Source: Paramoeba atlantica
Taxonomy: Eukaryota > Protista > Discosea
Direction: 5' to 3'
Assembly: GCA_977017575.1 (NCBI GenBank)
Contig: CDRNVI010000029.1
Span: forward strand, 620,001 to 684,000
DNA: 64,000 nucleotides
The notes beneath the pieces are model-generated. The model worked only from the letters and a program-made list of their open reading frames with translations, made no database searches and had not been told where the DNA came from. Each line of letters opens with the position of its first letter. The stretch's first letter is position 1. Of this stretch, positions 55,448-64,000 are shown in pieces. A program made the translations under genes and the position numbers.

Positions 55448-57388
55448 ATGTCCAATGAGCAAGATGGTTTTGCTACCGAGGTGCAAAGCAAAATTCGGGC
55501 TTACGATGCGTTGTATTTTAAAGACGATGCCGACTTTTGGCGAGAAATGATTGGTGTGTCATCAAAAGGTATTTTTGCAAAATCGGCTGTTTTGGCAAAT
55601 GAGTTGGCCGCCTGTAAAGCGCTTGAGAAAATATCATTGTCGAAGGGCTCAGGAGAGTATCTTACGAAGTCTTCAAACAACCCTTATGTTTGCGTTCAAG
55701 CAGAGTTGAAGCATATCATTCAAATCTATCAAAGCACATTGAATATGATTCACACAGGGAACGCTGCGGCGCAGATATCGCTCTTCCTGAACTCTGTTTC
55801 AGAAAAAGAATGTGTAAAAGAGATTTTTAGTACTCTTTTTCCCGACGAGTTTCGTTCTTTCGAGTGGTACCAATGTGTGCTCCTTGCAGGGACAGTTTAC
55901 TGTCATCTGCAAGAGTGGGATGTAGTAGCAAGATTGCTTGATCTAGCGCAATCTGATTTGGAATACGAGAATCAACCAACTCGTGTTAGCGAATACAGCA
56001 CTGAAATGCGAGGTCGATTCCAATTCCTCCAAGGGAGGATATATGAACGCACCCTTCAATTGGAAAAGGCAACTGATGAGTACTTTTTTTGTCTGTTGCT
56101 TGATCCTTTTTGCTTTTCCGCGTACCAAAGGATGCGCAAAGGAACTTTGTTGAGCGTGAAAGATCTATCGACAAGGTTATCTGTGCTCCCGCACAACCTG
56201 CTTCAAACTCTTTACAAGTCTCTACTGTATCACGAAGATGAGTTCCAGGTACGTAGTCACCCAGCAATAAAACATGTTTCTGAAATTCTATATCCTTCCA
56301 GAGGCACTTCCTTGTTCTCACGTACTAAAGCTCTTAGTCAATTTCATTTAGCTAACTTTTTCCTTCGGCGGTCACGAGTCTGTGATGCTTACGATATTCT
56401 TCGTAAGTTATCACTTTCAGAGGAAACGTCAATCTTTTGGCCAGAGTACGTTCTAACCTTTGCTTCATTGCTTTGTAATATGCGCAGACAAAGCGAGGTG
56501 CAGTCATTGCTCGATCTCTCGTTTCAACGAAACAATGTATGTTATCCGTATATAAAAGGTTGTCTCTGTTATTTGCGAAACGAACATGAAAGGGCAAAAA
56601 GATATTTCTCTGAAATGCTGGACGAAAATCCACGTAATCTGGCCACTCATATTGCCGCAGCTCATTGTGTGCAATCACTGGACGGTGCGGATCTGTCCGG
56701 AAAGTCCTATCGCGCGATCATACAAATGTTCCCCTGCTCACCTTGGGGATATTTCTACACTGGCATGTGTTACAATGAGGTCCAGTCGTGGTCGCTAGCT
56801 CGTGTGTATCTTCGTCAAGCTCTGGAATACGATCCGAACAATCCTGAATTTTTAAATGAGCTCGGGGTCTGCGAATTTCAATTAGGAAATATCTCTCAGT
56901 CGTGTCAGTACTTATCCATCGCTGCAGGTTTATTTCCGTATAGATATGATGCAATTCGCGAGTCTCATTGTGCTCATCGCACAATAGAGAGCGAGGAAGT
57001 TGTCGCATCCTTTTTAACCTCTGAGTGCCCCCCCCCTGAGGTAAAGCAAGCCTGGGAACCGATTTGGTACAACTATGCGACTGTTTTACGTCGTCAAAAG
57101 AGGTATGATGAGGCGATACAGTATTTCCAATATTGTCTTGGCGTCCCTTACCCTCAAGCGTTCGCCGGGATTGCTTTTGCCTATCACATTTCAGGAAATT
57201 TGGTTCCCGCACTGGAATACTATCGGAAGGCAATGGGGCGAGAGGAGAACCTTGATTTCGTGCTGAACATGATGCATATTGCGATCGTACAGGTGAATGA
57301 GCAAGAAGAAAGGGCAGTAGTGGAATCACCGGATCATCTGAGAGAAGCTCAAGATAAAGCTGCGGTTGAAGTTGGGCGTTTTAAGTAA
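55448..57388 (+). CDS. CDC16: Anaphase-promoting complex TPR subunit APC6/Cdc16
   Basis: TPR array including DPFCFSAY, FLNELGV, WEPIWYNYATVLRRQKRYDEA, AFAGIAF. Confidence 0.8.
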   Translation: MSNEQDGFATEVQSKIRAYDALYFKDDADFWREMIGVSSKGIFAKSAVLANELAACKALEKISLSKGSGEYLTKSSNNPYVCVQAELKHIIQIYQSTLNMIHTGNAAAQISLFLNSVSEKECVKEIFSTLFPDEFRSFEWYQCVLLAGTVYCHLQEWDVVARLLDLAQSDLEYENQPTRVSEYSTEMRGRFQFLQGRIYERTLQLEKATDEYFFCLLLDPFCFSAYQRMRKGTLLSVKDLSTRLSVLPHNLLQTLYKSLLYHEDEFQVRSHPAIKHVSEILYPSRGTSLFSRTKALSQFHLANFFLRRSRVCDAYDILRKLSLSEETSIFWPEYVLTFASLLCNMRRQSEVQSLLDLSFQRNNVCYPYIKGCLCYLRNEHERAKRYFSEMLDENPRNLATHIAAAHCVQSLDGADLSGKSYRAIIQMFPCSPWGYFYTGMCYNEVQSWSLARVYLRQALEYDPNNPEFLNELGVCEFQLGNISQSCQYLSIAAGLFPYRYDAIRESHCAHRTIESEEVVASFLTSECPPPEVKQAWEPIWYNYATVLRRQKRYDEAIQYFQYCLGVPYPQAFAGIAFAYHISGNLVPALEYYRKAMGREENLDFVLNMMHIAIVQVNEQEERAVVESPDHLREAQDKAAVEVGRFK

Positions 57389-57627
57389 CGCTTTTCGCTT
57401 TCTTTTTACCGCCATGGTAACATCAGAATCTCCTCATAAGAGAATTTATGAGCAAGTTCGTTGTGATACCCATTAAAATTTCCCCCTTGATTCGACCTTA
57501 CAAACGTAAATCGGTATAATATTTTTTGGCTGTAAAGAATATTTTGAAAGTTGTATGCAATGGCAAGATTTGAAAACCTTTACGCAGTGTCGTAATACGT
57601 AAACTACACAAATATTTATTTACTAGA

Positions 57628-59145
57628 ATGGGTGATCATTCTGCTGATTCCAGTGAAGACGTCAGCCGTAGGATCCCAATGCATATCTCAGACGAACTGG
57701 ATGAGAATTTGCAAGTTTGTGTATCGGAACTTGAGCTTTCTTCAAGAGCCAAAGAATTATACGAATCACTGGCACGGATGATGTCGGATTCCTCCACCTC
57801 AGGTGACGTCAAGGAATTAGCTCAGGCATTAAAGGATCAATGGTCCGAACAGAATGAAGACGCGACGGATTTCGAGGTAGAAGAGTTTTCGTATGACCTT
57901 GCAAAGGCGCTGGATGAATATGAGTTGAGGAATTTCTCTGCAGAGGAGCGAGTTCTTCACGAAAATCAAATCGGGTTACATTCTAAGGCTCTCATGGAAG
58001 ATTTTACAAGAGAAGAAACAAGTCACACAAGACGTAGCGTAAAGAAGAGGAAACGAAATAAAACTGAAGATACGATGGAATCAAGTCTTATAAATCCCGA
58101 AAATATAGGACTTGGCGAAGAAAACAGTAGCATTCCGGAGACACAGGATCTCCCGCTCACAGAGGATATGTATCCAAATTTTGCACCCGCATCCGCATGC
58201 AAGATAGAGGAGCTCTCCGGAATCACACTTGGAGCTCGCACTCTTCGCCACCATCTCTTACGCCCCACATCATGGGAGCATATGAAAAACATGTATGTGC
58301 GTGTGCGGCATACTCACGGTTATACTCTCATGTTAATTCTCGACATTACGGAGTTATCTCAGCCGTACACCTATGGGGCAACGCAACAAATTGTTGCCAT
58401 AAACGCACTAAGCGTGAAACGCGTTAAACATGAGATCCACCTTACAGTCATAAGCAATACGCCTCCTAAAAAAGAAGAGTACGAAGAGGCGAAAAACGCA
58501 GGACTCATTCCCGATTTCTACACCATGAAGGAGCTCTACGAAAACTGGACCAACGACGCGCTTAATCGACCGATGGACCGCGAAGCGGTCCGGTTAGCGC
58601 TGTTGCTGCAGCGACGCGCAGAGCATTCGGAGCAGTCGCTCACCCCCTCTAAAGGTAACATTGTTGGAGAAAAGGTCTATCTTGACCGTCTTCTCGATAT
58701 TACTCTTCCCCAGGAGGCGAAACACAGCATTGAAAATCGTCTGTCTCAAACCGTATCGTCTTCCCAGGAGTTTGTTGCTCAGAGAACCTCCACGGTCCGC
58801 ATGTATATTGACAAGACCAATCGGAACAAGAAAGTGAACCAACGCCCCCCGGAGGTATGGGAGGCTGTGGCGAACACCGTGCATGCCCGAGGGGATGGGC
58901 GTAGCACCACATTCTGGGAGGATTCGAATGACGCGACTTTGGAGACCCCAAGGGATACGGAGGAGATACCTCCAGAGGAGTCTGTGGCTGCCGCGCACCC
59001 GTTGTCCGCGGGAAGACGAAATCTCACGGAAGATGTGCTTCGCGGCCTACCCATTCCCACTTTGGAACAACTGGAAGAGTGGAGAGCGGTTTTAAGGCAA
59101 CGCAACGTGGGGGGCATACCCGCACAGACACCTGCTGAAGCATAG
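57628..59145 (+). CDS. Plus3-domain protein, RTF1-like
   Basis: MYVRV..GYTLMLILDI..PYTYG..IHLTVISN..EEY resembles the Plus3 pattern; acidic/basic N-terminus. Confidence 0.6.
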   Translation: MGDHSADSSEDVSRRIPMHISDELDENLQVCVSELELSSRAKELYESLARMMSDSSTSGDVKELAQALKDQWSEQNEDATDFEVEEFSYDLAKALDEYELRNFSAEERVLHENQIGLHSKALMEDFTREETSHTRRSVKKRKRNKTEDTMESSLINPENIGLGEENSSIPETQDLPLTEDMYPNFAPASACKIEELSGITLGARTLRHHLLRPTSWEHMKNMYVRVRHTHGYTLMLILDITELSQPYTYGATQQIVAINALSVKRVKHEIHLTVISNTPPKKEEYEEAKNAGLIPDFYTMKELYENWTNDALNRPMDREAVRLALLLQRRAEHSEQSLTPSKGNIVGEKVYLDRLLDITLPQEAKHSIENRLSQTVSSSQEFVAQRTSTVRMYIDKTNRNKKVNQRPPEVWEAVANTVHARGDGRSTTFWEDSNDATLETPRDTEEIPPEESVAAAHPLSAGRRNLTEDVLRGLPIPTLEQLEEWRAVLRQRNVGGIPAQTPAEA

Positions 59146-59470
59146 AAATGCGGAATTGGAACGCTACGGGCTTTGTGCCTCGCATAATTTTTTATCACAA
59201 ACTGTAACGGAGTTTATATCTACAATTATGAAATCTATCCAGCTGAATCTACGTTATGACACATTGCATGGTGTCTGTATTGTAGAAAATATATACTGTA
59301 TGTTTTCTAGAGAAGCTTTTGATTCAGTATATTCGTCGACTTCTTTTGTTTTTTACTCATCTTTAGCTTTTACTTTTTACTCATTTCTGTCCTTTTTTGT
59401 TAATTATGATTGGATTTACTTAGCCATCGTTCCAGAGAGAAGGAAACTTCAGTTGCACACAGCATACTGC

Positions 59471-61321
59471 ATGAGCACTACATCGACTTGCGATGTAGAC
59501 GTTTCATTCATTGAGAAAAGCATTACTCGTGACCATCAGTTCAGTGAAATACTACTCCCATCGTCTAATGTTTTATTTACAGACCGTGCGCAAGAAAATC
59601 GTTTCGCACCTCCCCAGCATTATTTTCGTTCGTATCCAATTAGTTTCGGACTTGAACCTTGCATAAGAAAGAGTGCGTTATGCGGAACTGCGCAAAGGGG
59701 CCCGAACATAACTTCTTTAGAGCAGAAGTGGTCTCCGAACGATTCGTCATCTTGTAGTCCATATAGTGCTTTAGGAGTCTCCAAATGTGAATCTCAACCT
59801 TGTGGAGAAGAAGTACCTCAAAGTGCTTCCGCTATGTTTGATTCCGTCACACCATTGGGTCCTTCAGACAAAATTCTTAGCGTTCCATCACCTAATCATT
59901 CTTCTGAAAAAGCAATCCTCTCCTCCCGCCTTTTGCACGCTCAAAATAAAACAGAAAAAAATATTACCGAAGAAGCCCCAATACGCAACAATAACGAAAT
60001 TCTTATGCAGTGTCCAACACAACCAGTTACTGGCGATCCCGAAGACGCTGTAGTCGTCGTCAAAGACGTAGCGCACATCAACGATGCATCTTTACCATGC
60101 AGTTCGAGCACTCTTCCTGATGACACATGTCGAGCTGAGGACATGCCTGTGCTCAATATTGCGGAATGCACGACACACGATGAGTCAAATAAGGGTTACA
60201 AGTTGTCAAGTCAAGACAATACAAATGAATCTTCGCATTTAACCTTGAAATCTGTCAACGACGCTGTGTCTAAAAGACCGAAAAAACGGGAAAAGCCGCG
60301 TTCCAAGCAAAAAATAAAATCCGAAAAACGAACCGACGACTCCCCTGAAGATTCTAACGAATGTTTAAAATATAACACAACAACCATGGAACGCTCACCG
60401 TCTATTTCAAGGAAACGTTCTAAGAATAAGGAATCCAAGGAGAAACCCCCTCGAAAGCCTCGAGTAAAAGCAAAAAAAATGCCCTCTTTGCGGGGGAAAC
60501 AATCTAAGTTAGAGCGCGCTATCGTAAGTACAACGAGTGGCATTTTGGACGAGGATATCTCGGACACAAGCCACAGCGAATTCTCACCTTCGGAACCATC
60601 CCAAGATAGTTCAGCGTCATCATCTCTTGCTCATACTTCAATGGACAGTGCTTCCCATATCGGAACGTTTGAAAATAGTGGTCCTAGCGGATTTAAAAGC
60701 GACAACCTTCCTAGAGATTCCGCCGCAACAGTTCAACAGCCGTTTCGTCACGATAGCACGGCTGCAGCACCTGAAGCAAGAAATTTTGATTGCGATAAAC
60801 CTTCTCCCATCAAACAAGATACAAAGTCTTTAACTCCGGAAAGAAAAACACAGTTATCTGATCGTACGCCAAAGGTTTTGTCTGATCAGAAACCCAAATC
60901 TCGAGTAGAAAATTCGAATAAGAGGAAGGAGCGTTCTCACGATCGGCCTAATATGGGGAGGAGCAAAGAAAATACTACAGAGTCTGCGGTGAAGTCCTAC
61001 AAGGCGTTGCAGTGGAACACTGGGGTAAAAGATATCCCGTATCGCAAGGTGCTGAAAACCAAGGAAGGCTTCTCGACGACTGGAGAATGGGTTTCAGAAG
61101 ATGTCGAAATCTGGGTCGATCAAAAAGAAAATGAAGTGGACGCTTCGATAGTCCTTCAATATCAGCGCAGCTCTCAGAAGCCACTGAGCATGACGATTAC
61201 AAAGGAAAGGAAACCAGTGAGGAATGAAAGTTCAATCCAAAAAGTGGCGGAAAAGAAAGAATCGAAAACCGCGGCGGACTCTCGTTCAAATGTCCCCCTA
61301 ACTCGATGGTTCAAGAAATAA
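59471..61321 (+). CDS. Ser/Lys-rich disordered protein with POLD3/Pol32-like C-terminal motifs
   Basis: RKVLKTKEGFSTTGEWVSEDV and terminal NVPLTRWFKK (PIP-like). The start is uncertain; the ORF is open from 59156. Confidence 0.55.
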   Translation: MSTTSTCDVDVSFIEKSITRDHQFSEILLPSSNVLFTDRAQENRFAPPQHYFRSYPISFGLEPCIRKSALCGTAQRGPNITSLEQKWSPNDSSSCSPYSALGVSKCESQPCGEEVPQSASAMFDSVTPLGPSDKILSVPSPNHSSEKAILSSRLLHAQNKTEKNITEEAPIRNNNEILMQCPTQPVTGDPEDAVVVVKDVAHINDASLPCSSSTLPDDTCRAEDMPVLNIAECTTHDESNKGYKLSSQDNTNESSHLTLKSVNDAVSKRPKKREKPRSKQKIKSEKRTDDSPEDSNECLKYNTTTMERSPSISRKRSKNKESKEKPPRKPRVKAKKMPSLRGKQSKLERAIVSTTSGILDEDISDTSHSEFSPSEPSQDSSASSSLAHTSMDSASHIGTFENSGPSGFKSDNLPRDSAATVQQPFRHDSTAAAPEARNFDCDKPSPIKQDTKSLTPERKTQLSDRTPKVLSDQKPKSRVENSNKRKERSHDRPNMGRSKENTTESAVKSYKALQWNTGVKDIPYRKVLKTKEGFSTTGEWVSEDVEIWVDQKENEVDASIVLQYQRSSQKPLSMTITKERKPVRNESSIQKVAEKKESKTAADSRSNVPLTRWFKK

Positions 61322-62084
61322 GACTGTGGCACTGTGCATCTATTAAACCGAAAGTTGTACTATCGAAATTCTCCGGTTTGATGAAATTCTTAAAAGTTCC
61401 CCAATCTTGCAATAAGTTCCTCGAATACCCTTATTGACAATAAGGGATGCAGCAGAAAAATTTAGGACGACAATATTCCTATAAATATCAATTTTTCTGT
61501 TTTTAAGCGTTGCTCACCGCCCGGCATTCTTTTTATTTACAGTGTTATATTTAATTACGGTATTATTTAATTACGCTTTTAAGGTTATTTTTGGCTAAAA
61601 TTAATCTTCATTAAATTAACCGTAATATATTCCACTCGTAAAATAATAATTCTTGAACAAAACTTTTTGAATAACGTTTTACTCGCCCAAGCCATATGTA
61701 ATATAAATGCGTAGTTTTGCCAAATACTTTTTTACTAAACGCTTACTCGGTAATTACCCATCCTGTTTTCTATCAATCTATTAAATCTATTAAATACTTA
61801 ATATTAAGTATTAATACTATAAACCCCCCACAGCGAATAAGTCACCCCCCTCTTTTTTTTGTACAATGAGGCTTAGGGGGGTTGCGGCACCACTTTTTCG
61901 TTCAAAATTTTGAGATCTGCACGTTCCCGCTGTTTTTAGACCTCTTCACAGATAACAAATTAAAACTCATTTTTTTAATGACGTTTTTACATAGTCGTGC
62001 CAATATTACCCGAAAAATCTCATTTTCCTCGACCAGCGGGGGAGAAGGGGGTCAACATGAAAATGGTGTCACAGATCTTCGCTA

Positions 62085-62700
62085 GGGGAACGAGATCTCT
62101 CGATTGCAACAAAAATGATGAAAAACAGATAACAAACATTCAATTTGTCACGTGGTGGAATATTTGTCTTTGATTGGTTCTTTCTTGAAACGGTGATAAA
62201 TCAATTTTTTAAGCTGTCCCCTTTACTTTTTGCTTGAAGGGGCCTAAGGACGTTGAGATATCATTTTCTCGTTCAAAATTCTGATATCTACACGTTCCCA
62301 CCATTTTTAGATCATTTTAGAAACTGAAAAAGAAAATTATTTTTAGGTTCTATTTTTTTGCATCGTCATACCACACTAATTTAAGAAAACAAACACTCCG
62401 CGGCCAGGGGGCACAAGTGGGTCAATATTAAAGAATAGCGGCAAAGATTTTTGCTAGGAGAACGAGATCTCTCGTTCGCAACAAAAATCAGCAAAAACGG
62501 ACAAAAGTAATTGAATTTCTCATGGGAGGAGAAGATTTATTTTGTTAAAGTGTGAGAAATTGGTCTCTTGAAAAATGTGAAGAAAGTGATAATCCATCTA
62601 TCGGATGCACGCATTTGAGAGCCTTGGTTCCATGCTATAACGCGCAAAGTCTTTGTGTTGGGAACAGCAAAATGCAACAAAAATGAGCTCAAACGGACAC
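62085..62700. mobile_element. Degenerate Tc1-type subterminal motif remnants
   Basis: gaacgagatctctcg(a/t)t(t/c)gcaacaaaaat at ~62090 and ~62460, as in the TIRs of the 30846 and 50697 elements. Confidence 0.55.
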
Positions 62701-63175
62701 TTGGCTGAAAAGTTAGAGGGGGGTGACTTTTCGCTGTGGGGGGTTTATATTAAATAGTTATATATTAAATACTTAAATCTATGACTCTCGATTTGTCCGA
62801 AGGAGCGTCTGTGTTGCTCGGTCGCAATCCTATGTCGTAATGCATATTGCACTGCCGGATCCCAGGAGTTCTTCTAGAACTCGCGTTTTCACCAAGTCTT
62901 TTCTTCCACGTAATTTCAACCAGGACAGGTGGGATCGGCCGGGATCGGTCGGGATCGTAAATCTCTAGTTCCAACCCTCTAAGTATATCATTTATGCCCG
63001 CTTTCTTAAAGAATCACCGGACGCTTCGAGTAGAGGCCTTGTGTTTACTTTTTATTTCTTCCACAGTAACTGTTTTTCGGGGCCTTCCGATGTTCTTCAC
63101 AAGCTGGAGAGGAAATTTTCGCCAGGGAATTGGGAAAGATCCGGACGGAAGACTTGTTCGTCTCGCATTTCTTGT

Positions 63176-63721
63176 TTAATTGCTGCTTGAATCACGATGA
63201 TCAGAGATATCCTCAATGTCACTATCGCTTGGAGGGTCTTCAGAAATTTCAACGGTTTCCAAAAGATTTCCAGACTGTGCTTTCTGTTTGAGATCGTCGA
63301 TCAATGGACGTCTCCGTGGCTCATACCCCCACATTTCTCTTCGAATACCAGTGGCATCCCAAGACGCCAAAATGGAACTTTCACTAAGGTCATCTATCGC
63401 TTTGGCTAGGAACGAATATTTTCTTTGACGTGCGATATGTTGAGAAGAAGTGAATACCTTGGCTATGGCGCTATCCGGTTCATGAGACGAAAAAATATCC
63501 GAAACAAATTCATTCCACATTGACTGCGCCTTTGACTTCAGGCAGGCAATGACATACTGATCAGCAGGTTGGTAAATGTGGGTTAGTCCTTCGGGAACAC
63601 TGATGATAATGATGTTATGTTCCATGCAGATGTCCGCCATGCCTTCGAAGTTGTGTTGCGGGGCAGCATCGAGAATAAGACAAATCGTATCGTTTACTTC
63701 GCTTCTACGCTGAATAGCCAA
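63176..63721 (-). pseudogene. pogo/Tigger-type (DDE_1) transposase catalytic fragment
   Basis: CLILDAAPQH..SVPEGLTHIYQPADQYVIACLKS. Confidence 0.8.
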
Positions 63722-64000
63722 CGGCGGATTGTCAACACCAACGCACCACTTTTTTTTTCAAATGAGAATTTTTTTTGTCATTTCCAGTACACCACGTTTT
63801 CCTAAAAACTATATTATCACTTCCAATGCACCATCAAATATTCAGAGAAGTACTAAAGCACCGTCCGGGTTATTATACCTAGGGACACCTGAGGGGATGC
63901 GAATGACGTAAAGCGTTGTTTCGCGGTGTTTCGCGCTGTTTCGCGGTGTTTCAACACTAGGTAAGTCAAAAAGGAAATAAGTTACTTATAAAAGTAGCTA

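Larger units (their letters stand above)
32475..61321 (+). other. Kinetoplastid-type directional (polycistronic) gene cluster
   Basis: Thirteen consecutive intronless protein genes, all on the + strand. Confidence 0.8.

Noticed and set aside
1-64000. Bacterial or viral origin of the window
   Set aside because: eEF2, cytosolic ribosomal proteins, an APC subunit, U6 and CCA-less tRNA genes are all eukaryotic nuclear features.

Overview
Eukaryotic nuclear DNA, most likely from a kinetoplastid of the Perkinsela-like (Prokinetoplastina) type. This is inferred from the kinetoplastid-type eEF2, intronless genes all on one strand, a kinetoplastid spliced-leader (SL)-like sequence, a divergent tRNA/U6 pair and a Perkinsela-style LRR gene. 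Bases ~1.7-32 kb are a nested transposon and repeat field. It holds a decayed APE-RT-RNase H non-LTR retrotransposon, a gag-YR-RT/RH (VIPER/TATE-like) element, and Merlin, hAT, Tc1/mariner and IS5/Harbinger-like remnants. It also holds a broken PIF1 helicase, hairpin-ended ~920-bp repeats and minisatellites, surrounding a Pol III cluster (tRNA-Asp, -Gly, -His, -Arg and U6). Bases ~32.4-61.3 kb are a + strand directional gene cluster: CK1, eEF2, an 1854-aa repeat protein, RPL8, RPS3, an enoyl-CoA isomerase-like gene, NAA30, LRR, Mpv17, NAP, CDC16, RTF1-like and POLD3-like. A TE island interrupts it at ~50-53.4 kb, and a pogo-like remnant lies at ~63.2-63.7 kb. The top observation is a 616-bp insertion (7229-7844) that splits the LINE ORF without a target-site duplication. 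It begins with an SL exon-like 39-mer, a GT donor and an Sm-like site, and its structured body recurs, with compensatory base changes, next to the 3' end of the VIPER-like element. All calls come from reading motifs by eye; no database searches or folding computations were run.
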